Notes: a model not told the origin generated them from the letters alone. A DNA stretch of 64,000 nucleotides from a virus (IMGVR_UViG_3300027747_000967:32001-96000); one strand, 5' to 3'; numbered from the stretch's first letter, positions 40,348-49,935 are shown. Program-made: numbers and translations.

Positions 40348-41493
40348 TTAATATAATTTTCCAAAAGGACCAAATCCATCACCTCGTTTTTCTGCTAAGA
40401 AAAATAAATCTGTTATAAACTTTTCAGTTTTCTTTTCTGACAACTTTGTCATTTCATATAAAAATTTTAATTGCATTAATTTGGAATTGGCTGTACCATA
40501 ATTTTCCTCATCAGTAATTTGTTTTAATATATTTTTTGAAAAGGTTTTACTGTCTGTAATATTTGTTACAACTTTTTGTTTGATACCGTCAAACATTTTT
40601 TTATATACTTGTTCTTCATTTACAAATTCTGGTGCACTAGAAGGATAATTTTGCCATTTGTTCTCAAAATCCATTTTATTTCTTTTGCAGGCTTCATATA
40701 CCAATTCAACAGGAGCTTTACCAATTTGGGCTGAACCTCCGGGTTCTTGAAATTCAAATATTAAATTACCAGGTCTATATGTTCTACCTGAAGTTCTAAT
40801 TGTTAAAGTGTATTTAATCAATTCTTTTGTATATTTTACTGTAAAAGCAACAGTAGCATTTGCTGCCTTAAATGTATTGTCATTTCTTAATAAAAAATCA
40901 CACTTTATATCTGTAATTGTAAATGTTGGATGTTTTCCGCTAGTGAATAAAATACCTTCTTGAACATTAACTTCTTGGTATCTGGCTTTATCTACTCTTT
41001 TATCTACGAGTTTTAATGAAATACCTACAACTTTTCTTTCTTTGAAAAGTGTTCTTAATATAGCATTTAATATTTCAATATCGTCAGTATTTTGTACAGC
41101 GTCTTTAATTTGTTTAACAACTTGTTGTTCATTTTGAATACACCACACATCAGCAGGATCCCAAGCATCTTTTTTAGAAATACCATATTTTTGATTTACT
41201 AATTTAGAAACAAAATCCATAAATCCACCTTTAACACTAAACTCTTTAAACTTATCTTGTGAAAATTCTTTTAGAAATCCTTGTTGTTGTTTATAAAAAC
41301 TAACAATCCATTCTTTGGTAACATATGGGTAAATTCCTTTTTTTGAAGGTGTTCCTATAATTTCTTTTTTAAATTTTTCATCTTCAAAAATTTCATCTGC
41401 ACTTTTATATTTTACATTGTGATTTAACGCTTGGTCAAAAATCCATGCGGATGTTTTTTCTTGCATTTCAGTTAATTCGGTTGAACTAGGCAT
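40348..41493 (-). CDS. putative PD-(D/E)XK endonuclease
   Basis: QE...KDAWDPADVW...VGISLK motif. Confidence 0.6.
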   Translation of the reverse strand: MPSSTELTEMQEKTSAWIFDQALNHNVKYKSADEIFEDEKFKKEIIGTPSKKGIYPYVTKEWIVSFYKQQQGFLKEFSQDKFKEFSVKGGFMDFVSKLVNQKYGISKKDAWDPADVWCIQNEQQVVKQIKDAVQNTDDIEILNAILRTLFKERKVVGISLKLVDKRVDKARYQEVNVQEGILFTSGKHPTFTITDIKCDFLLRNDNTFKAANATVAFTVKYTKELIKYTLTIRTSGRTYRPGNLIFEFQEPGGSAQIGKAPVELVYEACKRNKMDFENKWQNYPSSAPEFVNEEQVYKKMFDGIKQKVVTNITDSKTFSKNILKQITDEENYGTANSKLMQLKFLYEMTKLSEKKTEKFITDLFFLAEKRGDGFGPFGKLY

Positions 41494-41494
41494 T

Positions 41495-42610
41495 TTATCT
41501 TATAATCTGTATATCTTTACCTGAAGTCCATACTTCAAGTTCGGTTCTTAATCGTCCTTCTTTTTGAAGGGTCTCATATCTATTTATAGCTTTATTCCGC
41601 CACCATTCTACAATATTACCAAGTTCATGTTTATCATAGTTATCGCCTTTTACCAATTGCTCGGCCTTACCATTCATGTAGTCAATCATATTAGAAAAAC
41701 CATAATCTGACACATAATATCTTTTGTGTTCTGTCAACTTCTTAGCGTTCTCAATCGTTAAACTGAATGCCTCCCCTTCAGAACTACCTTTAAGTGCTGC
41801 TTTAGTCATAGATATAATCTTAGTAAATGTTCTTAATTTCCTACTTGTAGTAGATTCATCTTCTTCTAAAATATCTCCACCAACTCTTGCTTCAACATAT
41901 TCTTTTAAATCTGTATATCTTTTACCATTCATCATAGGTACAAAATCAGATACAGTTAAACCTTTATACCGAATGAATGGTTTCATACCATCATATTGAG
42001 ATACTTGTTTTGTTGAACCATAAAGACTTGTTGTTTCAAACAAACAAAGATTCATATTATACTTTTTGTTTACCATTTCTCTTACGGTATGTGATGTGCA
42101 GATGGCGGCCAATAGTTTACCACCAAGATAATTAAATCCAAATGGCTGTGCTGGTACAATTGCAAATCCCATAATTGTTGATTCATTAAATCGTTTTGTT
42201 GATACAGGATTCTGTATCCAAACTTGTCCAAGCATATCATTACGAGGTTTCATATAGATAACAGGTGATGCTAAACGAATTAAACCTAGAATCTTTCCTG
42301 AGTTTTTTTCCTTGACAGCAAATGGTATATTTCTGCCGACAGGTGCTCTATTTACATGAGAAGAAGTAATCGCTAATAATGTATCCCATTGTTGTATTGG
42401 TATTTCACCAATTTCAATATCCATATCTTTTGGGTGCATTGTAAAGTCTGAGAACAAATCATCTTCGGGAGGCCATAAAGCAGAAGTTTGAAAGTTAGAA
42501 ACATGGTTAATCTTTTCTTCTCTCATATATTCTTCAATACTACCATAATTACTAAAGTAATCGTGAAATACTTTTGATACATGAATTGCCGCATCTCTCT
42601 CTAATTTCAT
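41495..42610 (-). CDS. DUF4338/DruA-like protein, paralog 1
   Basis: GRN..F.V.E..SGKILG.I.L.S, IVPAQPFGFNYLGGKLLA, TTSLYG, SQYDG. Confidence 0.75.
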   Translation of the reverse strand: MKLERDAAIHVSKVFHDYFSNYGSIEEYMREEKINHVSNFQTSALWPPEDDLFSDFTMHPKDMDIEIGEIPIQQWDTLLAITSSHVNRAPVGRNIPFAVKEKNSGKILGLIRLASPVIYMKPRNDMLGQVWIQNPVSTKRFNESTIMGFAIVPAQPFGFNYLGGKLLAAICTSHTVREMVNKKYNMNLCLFETTSLYGSTKQVSQYDGMKPFIRYKGLTVSDFVPMMNGKRYTDLKEYVEARVGGDILEEDESTTSRKLRTFTKIISMTKAALKGSSEGEAFSLTIENAKKLTEHKRYYVSDYGFSNMIDYMNGKAEQLVKGDNYDKHELGNIVEWWRNKAINRYETLQKEGRLRTELEVWTSGKDIQIIR

Positions 42611-43977
42611 ACTTTAAAACCTTCAAATGATTTCTTTGCTAATTTATCATGGTTAGTGCCAGCGTCAGCAATACCTTCTTGTGCAGATTGTTCTACATCA
42701 TATAATTTCATTTTTGCTCTATCTACACCGATTGTAAATCTCTTGTAGTGTGTTGGGTCATTATAACGATTCTTTAATTGTTTGACCATCAGTTGACCAA
42801 GTTCTTCTAATTCTTCAGAAGAAATTAATGCAAACATCAAATCTGCTGTTGCTGGTAATCCAAAGGATTCGGAGGTATCTTCAAGGCCAGGATCGCTTGA
42901 TGTAAATCCTGACCGAGTGGTCTGTGTGGCAGAAACAATAGGTACATTATACTCAACAGCAAGACCTCGCAGTTCTTCTGCAATGGATTTGACGTATGTG
43001 TAAGAGTTAATATTTGCGCCTGCTTTAATACGAGAAGAACAACAGATATTAAGATAATCAATAAAGATAATATCAGGTATAAAAGACTTTTTAAGATTAA
43101 GTTCATTGAGTAATGTTCTAAAGTGAGTTGTTGATGCAGATGCGGTTGGATATTCTTTAATGATTAGTTTACCTGTAGTATTTTTTCTTACACGGTCTAC
43201 TTTTTTATCATAAATATCTTTTGGTAATTCCATTAAATCGTCAAGTGTAACATTTAAAAGATTTGCATCTATTCTTTCAGCAATCTTTTCTTCAGCCATT
43301 TCCATAGTGATATACAATACATTTTTACCTTGTGACATTGCTCCTGCAGCCACATGACACATAAAGAGAGATTTACCAACTCCCGTGCCAGCAAGAGCAA
43401 TATTAAGCGTTTTCGCTGGGAGTCCACCTTTTGTGATTTTGTTAAAATACTCCAAATCAAAGGGAATTCTTTCTTCTTTACGGTGATAAAATTCGTATCG
43501 TTCATCTGAGTCCTGTAAGTAATCGTGTCCAACTGAATTATCAAAGCTTACGGCCAAAGCGTCCGATAATATCTTGGGAATCTGACCTTTGTCGTGTGTT
43601 TTAGAACTGCCGTCCAGTATGGAAATAGACCCCAATACTGCATTGTATATTGCTTTTTCCTGGCAAAATTTTTCTGTTTTGTCAACAAGCCATTGTATCT
43701 CAGCTTTTGCTTCCTTACTACTTTCAATTTCTTGAAGATAATTTTGCAACTTCTGAACTTCGTCATCTGTAAGAGAATTCTTTTCCTTGACGGCAATTGA
43801 CAACGCTTCAATCTGCGGTGTAGTATTGTAAGATTCCGTGAATGATGTAATTTCATTAAATAATGTTCTCTCAGCTTTATCTGAGAAATATTCTGGTTTG
43901 ATAAATGGTAATGTTTTTCTTAAATAATCTTCATTGTAAATCAGGTGTTTCAGTATCGCTTGTTCTATTCTCATCAA
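42607..43977 (-). CDS. gp41: replicative DNA helicase (T4 gp41)
   Basis: AGTGVGKS, IDYLNIC, SATQTTR, SESFGLPATAD, KQLKNRY. Confidence 0.95.
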   Translation of the reverse strand: MMRIEQAILKHLIYNEDYLRKTLPFIKPEYFSDKAERTLFNEITSFTESYNTTPQIEALSIAVKEKNSLTDDEVQKLQNYLQEIESSKEAKAEIQWLVDKTEKFCQEKAIYNAVLGSISILDGSSKTHDKGQIPKILSDALAVSFDNSVGHDYLQDSDERYEFYHRKEERIPFDLEYFNKITKGGLPAKTLNIALAGTGVGKSLFMCHVAAGAMSQGKNVLYITMEMAEEKIAERIDANLLNVTLDDLMELPKDIYDKKVDRVRKNTTGKLIIKEYPTASASTTHFRTLLNELNLKKSFIPDIIFIDYLNICCSSRIKAGANINSYTYVKSIAEELRGLAVEYNVPIVSATQTTRSGFTSSDPGLEDTSESFGLPATADLMFALISSEELEELGQLMVKQLKNRYNDPTHYKRFTIGVDRAKMKLYDVEQSAQEGIADAGTNHDKLAKKSFEGFKV

Positions 43978-44257
43978 TAAATTCCTCGTTCATGTTACCA
44001 CTCATTATTTCCACTAATAAATCACCAATATAATTTTTAAACGATTCATCTTTTTCTAATTTTTTTGGCTTGTCTACTTTAGATTCTAACACATCATAAG
44101 CGAAAAGTAAATAGACCTGGTCATTTTTTTCTTCAAACTTTACCTTACCATATTTAAATACGGTATCTTTATATGGACCGGATAAAAACCGAATATGTAC
44201 TGAAGTAGTATCATCTTTTGGGTAAATAAAACAGTAATCAATTCCTTCTACCATCAT
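43931..44257 (-). CDS. hypothetical protein at the T4 gene 40 position
   Basis: lies between uvsX and gp41. Confidence 0.65.
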   Translation of the reverse strand: MMVEGIDYCFIYPKDDTTSVHIRFLSGPYKDTVFKYGKVKFEEKNDQVYLLFAYDVLESKVDKPKKLEKDESFKNYIGDLLVEIMSGNMNEEFIDENRTSDTETPDLQ

Positions 44258-45297
44258 TCCTCCGAATAATTTTCTGTATTCATAATTTCTGTTGTTGCCA
44301 CTTTATAAGTCTTTTCAATGTATTCTTGGAAAGATTTCATCTTTAAAATTGGTAACCAAAATTCTTTAGTATTAGTATCTGCCATACGATATTTCTTATC
44401 TTCTATAACTCCATCAGCATCAACTTTTGTATACCATCCGTTGGTTGGTTTGACTACATGGCCGCTATCTAAAGCAATATCAAGTAGACCAGACCATTTA
44501 CTAATACCGCCATCAAAATTAACTGTAACAGGAATCTTAGACTTTTCTTTAACATATCTACTCTTTTCTACATTGATGATGAAATTATAACCAACAATTT
44601 CTCCGCCTTCTTTTTCTTGTTGGCGCCCAATAATAAAAATATTATCCGCTGAATAATATGAACCTGTTCCACCACCAACAATATCTTTAGGGAACATACC
44701 AATTTCTTTGTAGGTGTGGTTTACAACCACCATCGGAATATCTTTTAATGATAAATGTGGTGTCACCATTCTAAACAAGGACTTTGTTTGCTTTGCTCTT
44801 GACATATCAGCAACAGATTTTTGGTCCATTGCGTCCTCAACTTCTTTCTTTGATGCCAGGTTACCGATTGAATCTAATATAATGATTAGTTTATCACCAC
44901 GTTTGATTTCACTTAACTGCTTCATAATATCAAACTTTAATTCTTCAATATCAGTCAAAGGAGTATGTAACACTCTATCAGGATCAATTCCAAAAGAAGT
45001 AAAGTAAGCTTGAGGAGTACCAAACTCAGAATCATAAAATAAAAGTGCCGCATCAGGATACTGGTCAAGATATGATTTTGCCATTAACAATGAGAAAGCA
45101 GTCTTAAAGTGTTTTGAAGGACCTGCCCACATCGTAAGGCCTGGCGTTAAACCACCATCTAATTTACCGCTTAGTGCTACGTTAATCATTGGTACAGGAG
45201 TAGGAATCATATCTTTCTCCGTAAAAAACTTTGATTTTGAAAGAATGGCAGATTCGCCAATGGTTGTATTCTTTTTCAGTCTGTCTAATATGCTCAT
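44254..45297 (-). CDS. uvsX: RecA-like recombinase UvsX
   Basis: AGPSKHFKT, FYDSEFG, DSIGNLASKKE, VNHTY. Confidence 0.95.
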   Translation of the reverse strand: MSILDRLKKNTTIGESAILSKSKFFTEKDMIPTPVPMINVALSGKLDGGLTPGLTMWAGPSKHFKTAFSLLMAKSYLDQYPDAALLFYDSEFGTPQAYFTSFGIDPDRVLHTPLTDIEELKFDIMKQLSEIKRGDKLIIILDSIGNLASKKEVEDAMDQKSVADMSRAKQTKSLFRMVTPHLSLKDIPMVVVNHTYKEIGMFPKDIVGGGTGSYYSADNIFIIGRQQEKEGGEIVGYNFIINVEKSRYVKEKSKIPVTVNFDGGISKWSGLLDIALDSGHVVKPTNGWYTKVDADGVIEDKKYRMADTNTKEFWLPILKMKSFQEYIEKTYKVATTEIMNTENYSEE

Positions 45298-45306
45298 AAT
45301 ATTCCT

Positions 45307-46410
45307 TTAATTAAAAAAATCTTCTAACGAATTTACTTCTTCAGTTGTCCACTTCATACAATCTAAAATAACTTTAATTGGTTCAATAAATGCTTTGTCA
45401 AATTGTTTATCATAGTCAATATACTCCTGTAAATCAAATTCTTTTGGTAATCTTGATGGATAGGATATCACATCTGTTTTATAGTTATTAGGTAATTTGA
45501 GATATGTAAATTTGATTTTTTCTCCTTCTTGAATCAAAGGATATTTCTTTGTCAAACCTTTTTCTTTTAGATAATGATTATAAACAATGGCGCCTCTCAC
45601 ATGAATTGGTGTGCCTGATTTGTAAGCACCATTTGCTTCTGAGTATTTATTCAAACCGTTTAGGCCTCTAGGAAAAGAAATATCTTCAGGTGGTAACTCA
45701 CGAAATTCTTTTCTAAAGTTTTCAATAAAATCATGTATATCTTTTTGAGTACCATTCAACATTAACTTAATGGACTCTTTCATCTTTTCACGAATAGCGG
45801 ATGGTGTAGAAGATTTAACCATCTCTAAACCCATCACTTTCATTTGAGGTTCTTTATACTCAACACCTTCGTTATTATAGATGTTCATAATGTATCGTTT
45901 CTTAGCAGTCCAGATTCCTTTGTTTGCCAACGCTTCACGTTTCATTTCCATCTTCTGCTGATAAGCTCTAGTATAGTCTGCCAACTCATGATAAGATTTA
46001 TCAATAAATGGTTGAATCTTAGTCTCACAGACTTTATCCATGAACGAGATAATCTTTTTATCATCTTCTGTCTTTTCAGCAAAGACTTTTTTGACCAACT
46101 CTCCAAGACGGAGATAAATTGAGTCAGTATCACTTGCAATAACATAATCTACTTCCTCCGTTTCTAATAGTTTGTTCATGTATTGATTTAATTTTGCTTC
46201 TATCCAACGAATGCTTAGTTGGCCTGCTGTCGTAACACCAAGAGCCATCCGTAAATCATAAAACCGAAAGTATTGAGAGCCGCATGCTCCGTAAAGAGAA
46301 TTTAATCCGACTTTTTTAGCTAACTGTATATTATTATTTTTTGATATAGATTTCTTTAGATTATAGTACATTTCAATTAATTCGGTATCAGATAAATTTT
46401 TATAATCCAT
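45307..46410 (-). CDS. gp43: DNA polymerase gp43, C-terminal subunit (gp43B)
   Basis: KKVGLNSLYG motif B, ASDTDS motif C, KKRY, KSSTP. Confidence 0.95.
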   Translation of the reverse strand: MDYKNLSDTELIEMYYNLKKSISKNNNIQLAKKVGLNSLYGACGSQYFRFYDLRMALGVTTAGQLSIRWIEAKLNQYMNKLLETEEVDYVIASDTDSIYLRLGELVKKVFAEKTEDDKKIISFMDKVCETKIQPFIDKSYHELADYTRAYQQKMEMKREALANKGIWTAKKRYIMNIYNNEGVEYKEPQMKVMGLEMVKSSTPSAIREKMKESIKLMLNGTQKDIHDFIENFRKEFRELPPEDISFPRGLNGLNKYSEANGAYKSGTPIHVRGAIVYNHYLKEKGLTKKYPLIQEGEKIKFTYLKLPNNYKTDVISYPSRLPKEFDLQEYIDYDKQFDKAFIEPIKVILDCMKWTTEEVNSLEDFFN

Positions 46411-47095
46411 TATTTAATTTTCCATAATATAATTCTACATCATTGTTTCTATATACTAAAGCTCTTGTAAGATTAGGATTCCTTTTACCATCTTTTCTGA
46501 ACGGTTTCTGTTTTTTTAACCATTCGTTAAATTCTACATCACTCATATTAATATACTTTTCTTTTGTTTTCAACCTAGATTCACTAATTTTTTTGGTTTT
46601 TTCAGTTGAACAAGGAGATGATTTTCTATTTTTAGGATAATTTATTATTTTCATTCCTGTTTTTTTAACTCGCATTTTTTCAATACCATTTTTTATTGAC
46701 TCCTCAGAAGCTCCAAAATATTTTTTTCCAAACATATCATTTCTTATTTTTCCTTTTTTAGCTTCATACATTGCTAGTTTAGCTGAAGCAAATTGTTTAG
46801 ATGTATAACTAACTTTTCTGTGGTTATCGCCACCAGTACCTAATACCATCATATGATATGCTTGTGCCATTTTTCTTGTTTTGTGATTATTGGTTCCATA
46901 TCTTTTTTTAAAAAGTTTCCATAAAAGGTGGTGTGCAATATAGTGTTCCCGTAAAGTTAACTTAACAATATTTTTATTTTTTCCGTAAATGGACTCTGGA
47001 AAAATATGATGGTTTTCATAATTTTTTCTTTCAAATATTACTGTTCTAGTTTTTGCTTTTCTACAAAGTTTTATATAATGTTTTATATAATTCAT
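46400..47095 (-). mobile_element. free-standing HNH homing endonuclease (Mob-like) inside the split gp43 locus
   Basis: YENHHIFPES...NIVKLTLREHYIAHHLL. Confidence 0.85.
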
Positions 47096-47104
47096 TTTTT
47101 TGTC

Positions 47105-47156
47105 CTTAGATTTGAATACCTTTAGTATTTATAAATAAAGACTATTCAACTCTAAG
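47105..47156 (-). promoter_or_regulatory. late promoter inside an RBS-sequestering hairpin
   Basis: arms CTTAGAGTTGAATA and TATTCAAATCTAAG around TATAAATA (47126-47133). Confidence 0.8.
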
Positions 47157-48647
47157 ATTTCTTCTTTCTAATTCAGTTAAAATTAACTCCAATTGTTGTT
47201 TTTCCTTTAACATTATTTTTTTTGCATCTTGCCTTTCTTTAAACATTTTTTCAATTAAACTTGGCATAAATCCTTTAATATCGGTTCTGAAGAATTGTCC
47301 ATTTGGCGTTAATGTTGCATTAACCAATCTAGAAGTCTCTACCTGTTTCATTAATAAACCGTCAAGTGATATACCATCAGATAAAATCTTACGCATTTCA
47401 TCAGTATAGTTTTCAGGTTCAATTAAAGTTTCGGGACTTATATTGTATTGCATCATTAAACTTGGATATAGTGATGTTAAATCAAACGAAACAATCCAAT
47501 CATGTTTGCCTACTTGAACTTCTTTGACATATGCACCCTCAAACATACCGTCTTTTTCTTTATGTTCTTTTGGTGGAACAATGATTTTCTTATCCAACAA
47601 ATACGAATATGTGAGAGCGTCCCACATTCTTGTTTGTGCAAAGACATCTTCAAAGTTTGATTTTGTGTCGTATGCTAGTGTTACTGCTAATTCTAATAAT
47701 TTTAATTTTTCTTCAAGTTTTAGAATCAACATTACGTCTTTAATGTTATACTCAATAAATTTTTGGAAGTTTAGACGATATAACGCATGAAGATTGTCAT
47801 ACTCATCATAAGATATTTTACCTTCACCCAACTCAACTTGAGCGATAGCATCCAAACGATAAGATTCTTGTGACTTACCGCCAGGAGCATACCATTTATA
47901 CAACTCAATATAATCTAATGATGCAAGACCCATCAAACTATATTCAATTAATGTTTTACCATTTACAAGTGTTTTTTTGTCACGAATATAATTCCATGGT
48001 GATAGTTTTTTTGCTTCATCTTCACCGAGAATCTTACGAAAACGATTTACAAGATAAGGTATATCGAAGAACTTTGTATTCCATCCTGTGATAATGTCTG
48101 GACACTTTTTAGACCACATTGTAAGAAACTTTTTACATAAAGTATATTCATCTTTACATTGTAAATAAATTTCATCACCTTGTGCATAGTATTCACCACA
48201 TCCAAACACTACGGTTTCGCCATTAAGATACTTTACACAAATAGCAGTAATAGGTTCATTGGCTTCGTATGGGTCAGGAAATCCATTCTCTGAACCTACC
48301 TCAATATCTATTACGCCTATGAGAACTCTATCAAAATCATAATCAACTAATTTAGGATGCTGGTCAGCAATAAAGGCATACTCATAACGAGTTTGGCCAT
48401 ACATTACAGGTGCACCAGGAAGTCCATCAAATTGTTTAATGTAATCTCTTGCTTCACGAATGTCTTGAAATTGTTTTCTATCTAATGGAAGGCCAGTGAG
48501 TGACTTATAAATTCCTTGTGGATTTTTTCTAGAAGGCAAAAAAAGAGAAGGCGCATAAGCAATCTTCTCTTTTACTCTCTTACCATTTTCTATTCCTCGG
48601 TAAAGAATATTATTACCGAGGACTTCTACGCTTGTATAAAAATTCAA
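47142..48647 (-). CDS. gp43: DNA polymerase gp43, N-terminal subunit (gp43A)
   Basis: DIEV Exo I, GWN..FFD Exo II, YNIKD Exo III, SFDLTSLYPS motif A; TTG start. Confidence 0.95.
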   Translation of the reverse strand: MNFYTSVEVLGNNILYRGIENGKRVKEKIAYAPSLFLPSRKNPQGIYKSLTGLPLDRKQFQDIREARDYIKQFDGLPGAPVMYGQTRYEYAFIADQHPKLVDYDFDRVLIGVIDIEVGSENGFPDPYEANEPITAICVKYLNGETVVFGCGEYYAQGDEIYLQCKDEYTLCKKFLTMWSKKCPDIITGWNTKFFDIPYLVNRFRKILGEDEAKKLSPWNYIRDKKTLVNGKTLIEYSLMGLASLDYIELYKWYAPGGKSQESYRLDAIAQVELGEGKISYDEYDNLHALYRLNFQKFIEYNIKDVMLILKLEEKLKLLELAVTLAYDTKSNFEDVFAQTRMWDALTYSYLLDKKIIVPPKEHKEKDGMFEGAYVKEVQVGKHDWIVSFDLTSLYPSLMMQYNISPETLIEPENYTDEMRKILSDGISLDGLLMKQVETSRLVNATLTPNGQFFRTDIKGFMPSLIEKMFKERQDAKKIMLKEKQQLELILTELERRNLRVE

Positions 48648-48649
48648 AA

Positions 48650-48958
48650 TTAACCTGTGATTAATTGTTTTGATGGAAGAACGATACCTGAACCAAAGAT
48701 TTGATTATAGTTATTTACAAAATCTTCTGCTGGTTCATAAGAGTATACTACATTCTTCTTAGCGATGGCAATAGTGGCACCTTTCTTTTGTGGTGCATGA
48801 AGTGGAAATGGAGCAAAGCCAATGTTGGGTTGTCCGTCTTTACCACGAACTACAGCAATACCTACAGGGTTTGATAACACATATTCAGTTTCAGATTGTG
48901 ATTCAATCTCACCTAAAACTTCTTCACCGTTAATTAATTTTAAGACTTGAATATTCAT
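48650..48958 (-). CDS. conserved hypothetical protein, possibly Sm-like
   Basis: LKLINGEEVLG...YNQIFGSGIV. Confidence 0.7.
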   Translation of the reverse strand: MNIQVLKLINGEEVLGEIESQSETEYVLSNPVGIAVVRGKDGQPNIGFAPFPLHAPQKKGATIAIAKKNVVYSYEPAEDFVNNYNQIFGSGIVLPSKQLITG

Positions 48959-48975
48959 AATTTTCCTTTGTTGAA

Positions 48976-49050
48976 TGGAGCGGATAGTCAGATTTGAACT
49001 GACGACATTTTCGTTGGCAACGAAACATTCTACCCCTGAATTATACCCGC
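48976..49050 (-). tRNA. tRNA-Gly(GCC)
   Basis: cloverleaf, anticodon loop TTGCCAA, GTTCAAATC T-arm, encoded CCA. Confidence 0.9.
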
Positions 49051-49127
49051 ATGATACTATTATATAATACTTATGAACGATTGTAAAGCACTATATAATA
49101 ATATACCACATTAAAAAAGAGAACAAA

Positions 49128-49409
49128 ATGAAAAAAACTATACTCAGTTTGTTATTTGTACCTATATTATCTTTTTCTCAAATCTCAGCACAAAAACCAG
49201 TCGCTTGTTTTCCAATGGATTATTTACAAAAAGAATTAAAAAAAGGCGAAGAAACACCTTTATTAATTTCAAAAAATAAAATGACCAACGAATCTACAAT
49301 CATTGTATTCAAAAATGAAAAAAATGGAACATGGACTATTATTGAATTCAAAGATGATTTTGGATGTGTTTTAGGTTTTGGTGTTGATAAAACAGGAAAA
49401 TCTATTTAA
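49128..49409 (+). CDS. small exported protein
   Basis: signal peptide MKKTILSLLFVPILSFS; two Cys. Confidence 0.7.
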   Translation: MKKTILSLLFVPILSFSQISAQKPVACFPMDYLQKELKKGEETPLLISKNKMTNESTIIVFKNEKNGTWTIIEFKDDFGCVLGFGVDKTGKSI

Positions 49410-49410
49410 T

Positions 49411-49484
49411 TGGTAGCGGGACCTGGATTTGCACCAAGAACTAAGGCTTATGAGGCCATTGTGATACTCTTTCACTATCCCGCA
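49411..49484 (-). tRNA. tRNA-Met(CAT), possibly initiator-like
   Basis: loop CTCATAA, unpaired 1:72, T-arm GTGCAAATC, CCA end. Confidence 0.75.
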
Positions 49485-49494
49485 ATAGAAATTG

Positions 49495-49563
49495 TGGAGC
49501 GGTGTCTTTGAGTTGCACAAAGATAATTAAGAGGGAATCTCAATTTGTTCTCCAACCCACCGC
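49495..49563 (-). tRNA. non-canonical tRNA-Gly(TCC)
   Basis: 69 nt; GCGGTG/CACCGC acceptor, T73 and CCA; mini D-arm; loop ATTCCCT; T-arm CTTTG-TGCAACT-CAAAG. Confidence 0.7.
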
Positions 49564-49569
49564 ATATTC

Positions 49570-49713
49570 TTAATTTAATGTTATCTGCTCGATTTAGGGG
49601 TCTGGTGCTTCCATCCCATAGCGAATAAGCAGTTATCTCAGGACCTATTCCTCGCCAGTTAGACCCGAATAGTTAATACGTCTATTAACGATACCTTGAT
49701 AACACTAAATTAA
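49570..49713 (-). ncRNA. candidate structured ncRNA A
   Basis: 16-bp closing stem plus internal hairpins. Confidence 0.55.
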
Positions 49714-49801
49714 AAATCCCGCTTACCGTTTGCGGGGTCATCATACCAGATTACTCGGTTCTATGACGGTCACAACTTGCTGTTTCTCAACAGTAGATAC
49801 T

Positions 49802-49830
49802 AGTATAACATTATATATATCAAAAGTCAA
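49802..49830 (-). promoter_or_regulatory. sigma70-like promoter for the downstream RNA genes
   Basis: TTGACT-17 nt-TATACT with extended -10 TG. Confidence 0.75.
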
Positions 49831-49849
49831 GCGACTTTTTGGTATACTT

Positions 49850-49927
49850 TGGAGCAACGGGTCAGATTTGAACTGACGGCTTTACGGCTTTGCAGGCCGT
49901 TGCATTTGACCACTCTGCCACCGTTGC
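49850..49927 (-). tRNA. tRNA-Cys(GCA)
   Basis: ACGGC-CTGCAAA-GCCGT anticodon arm; CCA end. Confidence 0.9.
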
Positions 49928-49935
49928 ATAATGAA

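Noticed and set aside
46400-47141. Group I intron or intein interrupting gp43
   Set aside because: Only 46 nt of non-coding DNA, no P7/GTP-site core seen, no intein C/S...HN motifs, and both halves have their own start and stop.
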